A stretch of DNA of 64,000 bases. Origin: an uncultured Nitrososphaeraceae archaeon. GTDB lineage: Archaea; Thermoproteota; Nitrososphaeria; Nitrososphaerales; Nitrososphaeraceae. Within the stretch, counting starts at the first letter, position 1. The number at the start of each line of letters is the position of its first letter. The DNA lies in NCBI GenBank assembly GCA_963765895.1, contig CAVXZB010000024.1, positions 96,001 to 160,000 on the forward strand, in the 5' to 3' direction. Under the pieces are notes generated by a model, which did not search any database, was not told the DNA's origin, and was given only the letters and a program-made list of their open reading frames with translations. Below are positions 1 through 10,775 of the stretch, one piece after another. Both the position numbers and the translations under genes were made by a program.

Positions 1-1062
1 AGGTTCCGTTAATGCAATGCTATTCGCATCTGGTTTAAATGACAGTACTTCGTAAATTGTATCAAGATCTCAACTTTGTATGAATGTACTGCTTCACTAT
101 CCAGTTTTGGTCAGGTTATACCTGGAAATTAGCTCGAAAATTTATCAGGATATAATGCGATTCAATTTTAGAATTAAAAAAATATCTTGTACCTCTGGTA
201 AGAGGTTATGAAAAATCATAACGAACCAGTCAGTATATATTCGAAATTGCACTGTGACGATGATATGAAATAAGAAGTAATAGACCCATGTTTTTCATTT
301 TTGACAAGTTCCTGACTGGTATTGCAAGGATTGGAAACTTATACCGTGCAGGATCAATGCTGATCAATTTAGATTGTCAAATGTACCTCATTCCATCTTA
401 ATTGGGGTATCATGGGGATGAATCTGATAAAGATGTCGCAGGTATGCCTATAGGACTAAATTTTTATCATCTAAACCGAAATGGAATTTAGTTATTTGTT
501 GAATTCTCTCTTTCATCATTTTCCCAGTCACGCAGTTAAGAGCTTAACCACTGTCTCTAGTCCTCCAATACGATAGTTAGGAATATATGATTTTGGTAAA
601 ATTGATACTATGCCCGACAACTGAATTTGTATCGTGGCAATAGCTTGGGTAATTATGGTTAAGATCTAGTTACAACATTAGAGCAAATCAGTAGATTATT
701 ACAGGCAGTGACATTGCTGAGTGGAAAGTGTCTCGAACCGTACTATGCTAGGGCATCAGTTATAAGGAAAGAGGATGCTATAACAAAGAACGCAACTAGC
801 ATGACTATTACTGTGATCATTTTTGGGCTCCAATTTGCCTGAGCCGATGCATGAGGCTATCTCTGACACTTGCCAAAAAGAAGGCTAACTCTTCCATTAA
901 CCAAAAATCGAAGTTTGACTTATTGAATGCACTGACTGACTGTTTGTCCAAAATCACGCTATTATCTACCTTGCTTAGTTATAGCGGACACTTTATGGTC
1001 TTCAAATATACCAGTACCCTGCATATTAATAACCCAGGTGTTCCAAGTTGCTATGACATCTT

Positions 1063-1191
1063 TCATTTTCTCGATCCTTCTGTCTGTTTGAGCAGCTTGT
1101 TAATTATATCATCGTAAGTATCTCCTTTAATTCCTCTTAGGCGCAGCCTATTTCTTGTTTCAGTCTCAATGAGTATGGTTGTCTTAACCAT
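1063..1191 (-). CDS. Small ribbon-helix-helix/antitoxin-like DNA-binding protein (42 aa)
   Basis: Hand translation MVKTTILIETETRNRLRLRGIKGDTYDDIINKLLKQTEGSRK*; fits the archaeal TTIxIxxETxxRL...GxTYDDIIxxLL RHH-like pattern; not in the ORF track. Confidence 0.65.
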   Translation of the reverse strand: MVKTTILIETETRNRLRLRGIKGDTYDDIINKLLKQTEGSRK

Positions 1192-1821
1192 TTTGTATAC
1201 GTGGATATTCTATGTATATATATGCATTACTATATATTCATGTATGAAGCAGATATTAACAATAAGCTTAGTAAGGTAGTAAGAGATGGATATATCAAGT
1301 AGACAAGGTGGGGAGAGATACTCCCATATATTATTACTTTTTAGAAACTTGCCGTAGCGATGGCAAAAGTAAAGAAAACATTGGGATTATATAAAAATGT
1401 AAGACTGACCAAACACCAATAATTGAATAGATTGTTGGCTAACCAGAGGAAGCCTAGAACCTAGTGCCAAAAGCTGCAAGCACAGAAAAGTTTCTTCCAA
1501 ATATAACAACAAAGAATCAAAGGGCATTTCGCCTGAACTTGAATTCATAATTCATAATTCATAGTTTAATTGATGAGTCAGGGGACTCAAAGCGGCAATA
1601 TGACGAAGCAAAAAGTTGTGTTTATTAGATAGCTTGAAAATGGCACGATTTGCAGTGGCGAAATAATAAAGATTCTGCTTAGATTATCACGATATTAGGA
1701 AATTCCGTACATTTATTATATGATGAATCCTCCAACTTTAGGAACTAATCAATTTAAGAAGCTCATTAGTAGGGAACAATAAATATAGCTGATCCATGTT
1801 GTAAAAATCATTGTGGCAAAT

Positions 1822-1956
1822 ATGAATATTACAATTTATCTTTGTGAAAAATGTAAAAAGAATGAAGTAGCAATATATAACGTTCTAGGTGATTATTGCT
1901 TGGAGTGCTGGGAGGAAATAACTACACCCCAAATCACGAATCAACGTCCGCATTAG
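1822..1956 (+). CDS. Small zinc-finger protein (44 aa)
   Basis: Hand translation MNITIYLCEKCKKNEVAIYNVLGDYCLECWEEITTPQITNQRPH*; two CxxC pairs; AT-rich TATA-like box upstream (~1779-1788). Confidence 0.6.
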   Translation: MNITIYLCEKCKKNEVAIYNVLGDYCLECWEEITTPQITNQRPH

Positions 1957-2064
1957 CAAGATGAGATGGAATAAGGGACCTATTTGTCACATAGACAATA
2001 AGAGCGTTAAAAATTGTTGCGCATTTAGAATCGTGCCGGGAGAAACTTTTCATAGGGGTAATAG

Positions 2065-2398
2065 CTAAAACGGCATAATTATTGGTAATTGTCTACTGGA
2101 TTGGACTGAATTGAACGTCTTGGTAAACGTGTATATAAAGGGTCGTGACGAATTCCATCTATAATGAAAAATACTATTGATATTTTTTGTAATTATTATT
2201 GCGAGGTCAGCTTGGGGTTCTGAGTTTGTCTTCCATCCCCGAGTCTTCAGCTCTATTGTCAATAGGGCTGTGACGGCGACACGGCTTGCAGAGCCCATAA
2301 AATGAGAATATAGATCTATCGCTTTTAACTAGAAATCTAATTAAAGTAACAAGCACGTATAAAAGGAAAGTTACATTCTTATCCAATGCTAATGTCAA
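2065..2398 (-). pseudogene. Possible degraded secreted protein gene
   Basis: Overlapping short ORFs 2207-2398 (hydrophobic N-terminus) and 2065-2298 (ends LPIIMPF). Confidence 0.2.
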
Positions 2399-3078
2399 CT
2401 AGTGAAGTATTGGATGATTTGCTAAAGTTATTGGATGCAGTGCAAAAACACGCCGATCTAGATGGGTGTCAGCACTGCGACAAAATATTAAAATCAGTCT
2501 TTGAAGATAGATATAATTAGGACGAATAGCGCGCTTGTACCAACTCCAGACATGTCTTTTATGCTAATGCCGACACTTTCCTGTCCGATCACAACATGCA
2601 CTGAGATAGATTTCATTTTTCCTAATTCAATTCCCGACTTGAGTCGGCCTAGAGTTAGATAGTCATGCATTGGAACACGATGGATGACAGATCTCATTAA
2701 GTAGTCAAGTGCTCGATTGTTGATTGCCCTTGATTTGATTCTTTGTGGTAAGCCTAGAGTGCAAAAAATTCAATTTTTGACACGTCACCATGAGAGTTTA
2801 CTTGTAAGGTCCCTCAAATATTCAAGTGATCATTAGGGGCTAACGACGTTGAATGAAACACGATCTCTACTCGTACACTTAGGAATTAAGCGAACTTAAT
2901 TGAGATACACAACTTGGGACAATGTCCAAACGTTAATATTTTCCATGAATCAGTTTTATGTTTGAATTGCATGTCAATTCTTTGGCGAAGTCAAGACAAT
3001 AGTTAGAATTACTTGTCGACCTGTATATTAAGCCTAAAATCTTGAAGATCTAGAAAAATACTAATAAATCTCCATTCA

Positions 3079-4215
3079 TTGACCTTATTATTGGTAGTTG
3101 AAACAATACGTACTCTTAAGTTATTAGGTAGTTGGTCTGGAAACAGAATTATTGGAAGGAAACGCCCTTTAATTGCCGTGTTTAGTCTTACACATTACTG
3201 CAATTTTTACTGCCCAATGTGCCCTTTTGGAGATCACGATAAGACTAGGCAAATTGCCTTTGCAAAGAGTAATGATTTGACTACAGAGCAATGGAAATTG
3301 ATTTTTGACAAAGTTTCAAAATATTGCATCTGGTCAATCATCGAAGGTGGTGAACCAACTAGCCGTCCTGACTTTATGGAGCTTGTCAGATACATTTATC
3401 ATCTAAAAATGCCTATTACTGTAATTACTAATTGCTCTCTTGTCGACAAAATTGACCTTACTGAATTGAAAAAGTATGTTCAATTTATTACATGCAGTAT
3501 TGATTCTGTATTTGAACAATCCTACTGTAAAATTCGTGGCGTTACTGCCTCAGTATATCATAGAGTTATAGAAAATCTTGAACTCTTAACCGAACACCAT
3601 ATTCCACACTATCTTAATAGTGTTATAACTAAATATAATACGGAGGAGTTCATTAACCAATCTTATTTTGATAGAGCAAAGGAATTAGGTTCCAACGCCG
3701 TGTCATTGACGTTTGTAGAGGACCGATCAGATGTTAACTACTCCATGTTACCAGATCCCAGGACTATGGCCTGTGTCTGCGATAGCATACTTGAATACAG
3801 TAAAAAACACTCTTCTCCTAAGATAATGATCCCGTCACAGTATTTCGAACAAATAATTGAACATGGAAGGGCTTTGTTTGACGAATGTGGTGTGTGGAAA
3901 AGCATATTCGTTAACGGTAATGGCAAGGTTCTTGTTCCATGCTGGAAATTTAACAGTCCTCAAAATACATATGATCTGCTAGAGCGATCCGTAGATGAAA
4001 TCTGGGATGCACCGCAATGGGATATCGCTAGAACCTGTCACGATTGTAAAGTGCTAGGCTGCATCTGGTACTCCTCACAACCAGTAACTACATTTGCTAA
4101 AAATTACATGAGAGGATTATCGAAAATGATCAATATGCACGACACTGAACATATGAAAGAAGGCAGCATAATTTACATTCTTGAGCATCTAGTTACCCTA
4201 CTAGGCATCTATTGA
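3079..4215 (+). CDS. Radical SAM protein with C-terminal SPASM/twitch-like Cys cluster (resembles the PTO1314-type archaeal family)
   Basis: CNFYCPMC (CxxxCxxC), GGEP motif, C-terminal C...VPC...CHDC...C. Confidence 0.85.
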   Translation: MTLLLVVETIRTLKLLGSWSGNRIIGRKRPLIAVFSLTHYCNFYCPMCPFGDHDKTRQIAFAKSNDLTTEQWKLIFDKVSKYCIWSIIEGGEPTSRPDFMELVRYIYHLKMPITVITNCSLVDKIDLTELKKYVQFITCSIDSVFEQSYCKIRGVTASVYHRVIENLELLTEHHIPHYLNSVITKYNTEEFINQSYFDRAKELGSNAVSLTFVEDRSDVNYSMLPDPRTMACVCDSILEYSKKHSSPKIMIPSQYFEQIIEHGRALFDECGVWKSIFVNGNGKVLVPCWKFNSPQNTYDLLERSVDEIWDAPQWDIARTCHDCKVLGCIWYSSQPVTTFAKNYMRGLSKMINMHDTEHMKEGSIIYILEHLVTLLGIY

Positions 4216-4693
4216 AATAACCTTCTACATAATACAGCACTTAACATAGAGATGGATACTGAAGTCATATACCAGATCTAACTACTTAGTAAGAGACTCT
4301 TCGATAAAAGACCTCCTGAGCAGAGATCAAGATACGTACGGGTAGTTTACGGGGCAGGAGCATTTATTTCCTGAATACTGTAGATACTGGTGGACCCTAA
4401 AACGACTATTCTCTAATTGGCTACTTAATTATTTACGATTTTCAGACAGGATCTACCCCAAATATAGAAGTCAACGAATTTTTTTTACGACTTTTGCCGT
4501 CATCTTTGAAGGTATAGTTTGTGGATCTTCAGATTGACTAGGTTTTTGGTTACCATAGCTGGAATTCATAAGGCATGTAGCTTTGATCTGTTGTTTCGCA
4601 TAGCTTCAAATTCTTTACTATTAAAGGAAAACTTATGAATTATTTGTTTATGTGAATCCATACATACTTCAGTAACTCTTTAACCATAGATAA

Positions 4694-4931
4694 TTGACCT
4701 CGAATGTAGAAAACTGGCAAGCTATTGTTCATAAGATAGTGACATCTAAAAACGGAAAACTTGTGGTGAATGTTGACGCGGTGGACGATAGTTCAGTACT
4801 AGTCTCTACAGAAGGTGGTCGTACTCGTTACAGAATCCCAAACACATTATAGAGGGATATGCGGGTCATGGATAACACTAACTGTTCCAGATTCCGAGCT
4901 TGCAAGATTTAAAAGTAACCAAGCTAAGTGA
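4694..4931 (+). pseudogene. Frameshifted paralogue of the small protein at 6812-7042
   Basis: Translates MTSNVENWQAIVHKIVTSKNGKLVVNVDAVDDSSVLVSTEGGRTRYRIP, then after two frameshifts HIIEGYAGH/ITLTVPDSELARFK; colinear with the 6812-7042 protein. Confidence 0.7.
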
Positions 4932-5535
4932 TTCAATGATATAAAGTATCTCACGTGAAGATTTTTCTGTTAGAATTTTTTCCTAAACCATTTGATGTGA
5001 CGCAATACCTTTCGCGTATGATTTTTCGTGGACAATATGCCAAGAAATTTTAAGAAGCTGATATTCCACGAAAATTCTTTCGCAAGTACTGATTTAGGGT
5101 AATTGGTTCCATCTAGGGAGTAAAGTTCTGACAGTAACGATTCTTTAGTCGGAAATATATATTTAATCCAAAGTCTTGCATACAAAGGTCGAGACCGCTA
5201 TAGTACTATCTATAACTAGGATTAGTAGATTGTAATATTGTTTAGCTAACTGACATTAACTATCAAAATTGTATCGAGCGAACTGTTATTCAATGAAATA
5301 GGCTACTTTGCAGCATCTTCAGTCACTACTTCACAAGTAGGCCATTGCGCATCGAAACTGACACACTTTGGTATCTGTAGATCAAAGGCCCCCAAGCTCA
5401 TTATGTTAAGTTAGGTCGTAGACAGACACATTCCCATATTCTATAACGTGACTTCTTTTTCAATCCCCCCTAATAGTGAGATAACCACATAAAACTTGTC
5501 TGCTTAAATAAGATACATTTTATAGAAATTTACCA

Positions 5536-6129
5536 CTAGGTTCTATGATAAACATGAATCGTTCTATGACACGAAGTACATAGAGCCGTGCAATTCGAGC
5601 TATTATTGTTAGATCGATTGCCGTCAAAATGATGAAAATCTAATCCATAACGCTCCAATTTGACTTTACATCGCGCACATTTATTTTTCTGCCTTTTAAC
5701 GGTGTCGAGTTTAACTAATTCAGAAAAGTTTTTTCTCTTTGCCTTTCCTCCACATTTTGCTATCAATATGAAAGACGCATTAATCCACAACACCAGTGCG
5801 AGCGCATTGTACTCAAGTGCAGCTAAGGAGGATCTATCTTGGGCGGATACATGATGCCACGCTATACAACTAAGGAATGAAAGCATTATGCCAATTAGAA
5901 CTTGAAAGCTTTGCCCTCTAATCAAATATGCACGACAAGATAGTATTACCAAAACCAAATAAAAAAAAAGATTAGAGAGGATGTAAGAGAAGTCGGACGA
6001 ATCTTGATGATCTGCTGACAGAAGTGGCAAAGCGGCCAGAATGGCCTGGATTATTGTGTACTCCATACATACCAAGATTAGGAGCGCTAAGACTAATCTG
6101 AACGATATAAGTTTGCTATTCGAACGCAC
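5536..6129 (-). CDS. Membrane protein (~4 TM) with C-terminal HNH nuclease/zinc-finger domain
   Basis: Four hydrophobic segments, then CARC...DFHHFDGNRSNN..SN..ALCTSCH. Confidence 0.8.
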   Translation of the reverse strand: MRSNSKLISFRLVLALLILVCMEYTIIQAILAALPLLSADHQDSSDFSYILSNLFFYLVLVILSCRAYLIRGQSFQVLIGIMLSFLSCIAWHHVSAQDRSSLAALEYNALALVLWINASFILIAKCGGKAKRKNFSELVKLDTVKRQKNKCARCKVKLERYGLDFHHFDGNRSNNNSSNCTALCTSCHRTIHVYHRT

Positions 6130-6811
6130 GAAGCGAGATCATATCAGATTAAGAATCCCAAATAATGAAATTTTAGAAACAGAACTCGCAATTAATTTTC
6201 TAGTATCTTACAATAGAATATACACATCAGTCCTCTTCCAAACTTTTATGAATTTGTAACGAGGTACATTATGTAATTTTTCATAGAAGTTAATGCGATA
6301 GAGTAACAGATAGAGGACTAGCACGGCCATTCATTATTCAAGAATCTATTCTTTTCTGCTCCAGGGGTTAAGCACTGATGGGCATGCTATCTGCCTACTC
6401 CAAATATTAAGGCATTACATATTCTATTTGCTAAAGGTCCAGCTGTTTGAATATCTATATGCTAAAAAATAATATTCACATAGATGTTTATTTTCCAAAA
6501 TATATTGTTTAGTAGAGCCATCACTTAACATCTTTACCTTCACATGTACTTTATCGTTTTATAACTACTATAGACAGACGACTAAAAGACATTAGACTCC
6601 CGATACGTGGATAGACTTACCCAAATCGTTCAAGTGGTTGCATCGGTCTCATACATAGATTATGGGTTGCTCGTAGTAAAGCATTAGGCAGTAAAATAAG
6701 TTCGTACTACGCCTATATGCATTAGTCCAATATTTTGATCGAACAGTCAAGAGCGATGTAATCCAGGGTTATAAATTTATGAAAAAATGTTAGTTAGGAG
6801 ATCTTGTAGAC

Positions 6812-7042
6812 CTATACCTTATATTTTTGCAATTCACCCAACGAAAGTTTCAGAAATACTTCTGCCCCATTAAAACCATCGACGTGTGTCTTCGAGATCT
6901 TATACTCTCCTCGCGCCCCCTCACTAATTATGATTACGGAATCAGCATCGACTGCATCTATGTTTCCCGCATCTTGGCCATCACTTGACCTTACGTTCTT
7001 GTGGACTATCCTGTCCCAATCCAACACAGCTGGTTCAGACAT
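6812..7042 (-). CDS. Small conserved protein, PRC-barrel/DUF2171-like
   Basis: 76 aa, VRSSDGQDAGNIDAVD motif; paralogue at 4694-4931; TATA-like box upstream. Confidence 0.75.
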   Translation of the reverse strand: MSEPAVLDWDRIVHKNVRSSDGQDAGNIDAVDADSVIIISEGARGEYKISKTHVDGFNGAEVFLKLSLGELQKYKV

Positions 7043-7403
7043 TATATAAGTATACTAAATTGAGGTATATAAATTGCTACAATCACGAAATCCGGCGGCT
7101 TATCATGGACGGTCCTGGATCGTTAATGAATTGTTATATTGGGAAACTAAATAGCCTTCCAAGAACCGTGATCTGCTTCAATTGGAATAAGTCTAGAGCC
7201 TGTACCTATACATTGGGACCGCCATTTAGTATTTCGAATCTTGGCAATTTGAACAATCAGTTGTTGCAGTTCCATAACTTGATTATGTTTTCGATGATGG
7301 ATTAAATTCCTGGAATCAAGATTTTGTGCCATATTTGAGCTCAAAACGATGACATCCATTTGAATAGGATTAATTGGAATTAGTTTTCTCGACTAGGGAA
7401 TGA

Positions 7404-8570
7404 CTATTCATCAATATTTTGCTGTCTATACCTTCTATAATCTTCATCTACCTCTATTGCTGACGCCAATATCTTACTTCTTATTGACTTGGAAGATTGT
7501 AAGAACATTTTAGTATCTTTTGGTAGACAATGACCACCTATTCCATCTCTTGGTTCAAGTATATTCACATTCCATTTTGTATTTAGTGCATCTCGTAGTT
7601 CTGCAAAGTTTATGTTATTTGCTTGACAGTAAAGATACAGATCTTCTGCAAATGCTATTTGTAGATATCTGTGAGCATTTTCAGCAATCTTTGTAATTTC
7701 AGCAATTTCTATTTGAGGTACTGCATGCATACGAATATCCAAGCTCTTTTTGTGTGGATTTATTGTAGCATGTTGTTGTTGTAGTTGTAGTTGTTCTTCT
7801 TCTTCATCTATGACGATGTCATCATAATAATTATTATTTTCACTATTTTCTTTATCTTTATTATTATTATTATTATTATCTAGATTGCCTTTCTTTTCTG
7901 ATTCTATTTCTATTCCGTATGCTTGACCCTTTATTTCTCCATTTATTCGTACTCTACCATCATAAAACTCCATAGCTACATCTAGACAGCATTGACAGAC
8001 TCCACCAAGTACTCGTAGTTGATTGACACCGTGTTCTTCTTGTTCTAATGCATACCAGCGATGAGGTGCATGAGCTACATGCAGTCTATGATTAAGCATT
8101 TCAAATACCTTCTTTGATGTACCTTTTGGAATAGTACTTTCTATTGAAACTAGTGCTCCATTCTTTGCTTCTTTTGATATCTTTTCAACTATAGATAATA
8201 GACCATCTATTTGTGGAGAAAACATGTCATCTGGTTTGTGTGTAGAAACACAGATGATAAAGACATCAAACTGACTAAAATCATATGCAACGGAAGTATT
8301 ACCATCATAATTATTATTATTATTATTATTATTACTACTACTACTACTTACACTAACACTAGCACTATTACCATTATTTCTGGTGCTATTATTGTTATTA
8401 TTACTTATTATTATCTCCAATCCTTTTTATTCCAGCTATTTTCTGTGCACGATCCATTGCTTTTGTACTTATGTCATAACCATATGTATCAAATCCTCCT
8501 CGATCCTTGATGTATTTTGCTACAGGTAAACCAAGTTGACCCAAGCCTATTACAAGAACTTCGTCTTTGT
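7404..8570 (-). pseudogene. Nucleotide-sugar dehydrogenase (UDP-glucose/GDP-mannose dehydrogenase family), frameshifted, with poly-Asn insertions
   Basis: Rossmann motif VIGLGQLGLPVA at ~8520-8555 lies in a frame that stops at ~8401; ORF 7404-8420 carries ICVST, SIEST, AEITKIAENAHR and catalytic GGHCLPKD; no in-frame ATG before the Rossmann motif; C-terminal UDP-binding domain absent. Confidence 0.75.
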
Positions 8571-8728
8571 AGCAAGATGATCTGATTTAACAATTGCGAC
8601 AAATTCTCATTTTTGACTTGAATTTGTATCGTAATATAATACATAATTCCATGACACTTCTTTATACCCCTGGCGTCAACTCCATCCGTTTTTACGTAGG
8701 TGGCTATTTACATGGTAATTAATATACA

Positions 8729-8746
8729 TAACTGACCAGTCAGTTA
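8729..8746. promoter_or_regulatory. Perfect palindrome, likely TetR operator
   Basis: TAACTGAC-CA-GTCAGTTA directly after a TATA-like box (~8717-8726) and upstream of the 8768/TetR genes. Confidence 0.7.
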
Positions 8747-8767
8747 GATTTATTATATTGAATTTGT

Positions 8768-9934
8768 ATGTTATACTGCAAGAGGTTGTCTAAGGTTACT
8801 GTGTCCATTCGCAGCAAGGAGAATGTTATTAAGAAAATCCTACTTATGTTGTGTCTAGCATGTGCTGGTTCCTTTCTTCAAATAGTTGGAGTTAGTTGGG
8901 ATGTGACTTCACATTTGATGAAGACTCCAGAGACTTTCTTTACACCCTCGCACGTCTTACTTTACTCTGGAATAGGTCTACTTCTCGTTGCTACTCTCAT
9001 AGGTGCAATCTTAATATTGAACGGTAAAATAGACAAAACGAATCCCATTATCACTCCGTTCAGGCTGTTCATAATAGGTTCGATCTTTGCAGCTATTGCG
9101 GGTCCGTCGGACTATGCATGGCATAAGATCTTTGGAATAGATGGGCTCTTAAGTCCGACCCATTTAGTATTAGCGACAGGAATAATCATAAATTCAGTAT
9201 CAGTTGCTGTTGGTCTCAGGATAGTGGCTAAACAAGTTCATTCAAGCATGTATAAAAAGATGATAAAATTCCTAATGATACCCGCATTTGCTGCTTTGTG
9301 GCTCACTTTAATTTGGTATGTTTATCTGTTTATACTACCGCTTTCAAACGGATCACATTTTGATTTTAACTTGAATCCGGTAGTTGAATCAATAGTTGCG
9401 ATTACTCTTCTGCCGATTATTGATGCTTTTGTATTGCTAACAGCAGTCAGAACTCTAGATATGAAATGGTCGGCAACCATAATTACTACGCTAGTTGTTC
9501 TAATTAACGGCTTTACAAATATAATACCTTCTATTCATTTAGTGCCGTTCTTGCCTTTGTATCTTTTACTAATTGGCATTGCCATTGTTTATGATTTCAT
9601 CACGCAAAAATCACGAACCCGTGCAACAATTATAAATAGAGAAAAAAACTTCGTAATTGCCAGTGCTCTAATTGGATCAGTGTTTTATATCCTAGGTTAT
9701 CCACTCCTCCCCATGACATTTGCTGAACCCCTCGGATTTACTTTTCACTCAATGTCGGAGTTATATGAAAATTTCATAGTTACTTTACCAGGAATTCTTT
9801 TATTTATGCTTCCTTTCGGAGCATTCATAGGTTCGATAAGTACGATGATCGTTCTGAAAATAGAAACTACTCGTAGGTCGCAGGAAAGCATCGAAAATAC
9901 CCTAGAACCAAGTTCGGGTGGAGAACCAAGCTAG
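8768..9934 (+). CDS. Polytopic membrane protein with two PmoC/AmoC-like Dx3Hx12H metal-binding motifs
   Basis: About 11 hydrophobic segments; WDVTSHLMKTPETFFTPSH and SDYAWHKIFGIDGLLSPTH motifs. Confidence 0.85.
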   Translation: MLYCKRLSKVTVSIRSKENVIKKILLMLCLACAGSFLQIVGVSWDVTSHLMKTPETFFTPSHVLLYSGIGLLLVATLIGAILILNGKIDKTNPIITPFRLFIIGSIFAAIAGPSDYAWHKIFGIDGLLSPTHLVLATGIIINSVSVAVGLRIVAKQVHSSMYKKMIKFLMIPAFAALWLTLIWYVYLFILPLSNGSHFDFNLNPVVESIVAITLLPIIDAFVLLTAVRTLDMKWSATIITTLVVLINGFTNIIPSIHLVPFLPLYLLLIGIAIVYDFITQKSRTRATIINREKNFVIASALIGSVFYILGYPLLPMTFAEPLGFTFHSMSELYENFIVTLPGILLFMLPFGAFIGSISTMIVLKIETTRRSQESIENTLEPSSGGEPS

Positions 9935-9937
9935 CAT

Positions 9938-10531
9938 ATGTGTCCAAAGGTCACATTACAGTATAAAATGGAAATCAGAAAAAAGATTATTCAGGCGGCC
10001 ATCGAGTGTTTTTCGATTGCCGGCTTCGACAGGACTAGAATGGACGATATTGCAGAGCGAGCCGAATTGAGTAAAGGCACATTATATCTCTATTTTAGGA
10101 ATAAAGAAGATTTATTTTATGCAATATGTCAGAATAGCATAATAGAACTAAACAATCAGATGTCCAAGTTGTTTAAGAGAAAGGAAGATTTTGGATCTGA
10201 TGCAGAAAAATTCTATATTAACTTCAGAAGGAATTCTAGAAAAGGCGATCGCGTATTTATGGAGACGGTAGCTGAATCATCCCGCAATCCAAGATTATGC
10301 AGGGCTCTCTTCGAACATAGAATCAAGATTTTTCAACTAGTGTCTAAGTATCTAAGTCAGCAGGTTGAAAAGGGATACTTGAGAAGCAATATTGAAGTGG
10401 ACGCCATTTCCGCTGGATTAGTAGCACTTTATGATGGATTGACAATAAATATGCTGTTGGGGATAAATGAATCTGACAATAGGAGAATTTGGACTGAAAC
10501 AATCAGAGCCTTATGCGCTGGTATCGGATGA
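9938..10531 (+). CDS. TetR/AcrR family transcriptional regulator
   Basis: GFDRTRMDDIAERAELSKGTLYLYFRNKEDLF helix-turn-helix; starts 3 nt after the upstream stop. Confidence 0.95.
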   Translation: MCPKVTLQYKMEIRKKIIQAAIECFSIAGFDRTRMDDIAERAELSKGTLYLYFRNKEDLFYAICQNSIIELNNQMSKLFKRKEDFGSDAEKFYINFRRNSRKGDRVFMETVAESSRNPRLCRALFEHRIKIFQLVSKYLSQQVEKGYLRSNIEVDAISAGLVALYDGLTINMLLGINESDNRRIWTETIRALCAGIG

Positions 10532-10775
10532 ATACGGGATGTGCAATGTTTTTCAGAGTATACTGTACAACCTCTAATGACATAGTTCGATAGCAATTCA
10601 CTATATATTGAAGATTTTATGTATTCAGTACGTATTCAAGGGCAATTCTGCTGCAATAGGAGTTGTAAATTTGAATTTTTAATTGGGAATATCATTATGC
10701 AGACCTGAAAACTTGAAATATAGGTGAATGATTCTAACTAATTAAGCAAAAGTTGCATCCGTTATCTAAATATTA

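Noticed and set aside
1543-1563. ATTCATA x3 short tandem repeat
   Set aside because: Too short and AT-rich to support a function
8768-9934. Calling this gene amoC or amoA
   Set aside because: It is about twice the length of archaeal AmoC and shares only motif-level similarity; reported as a distant homologue candidate only
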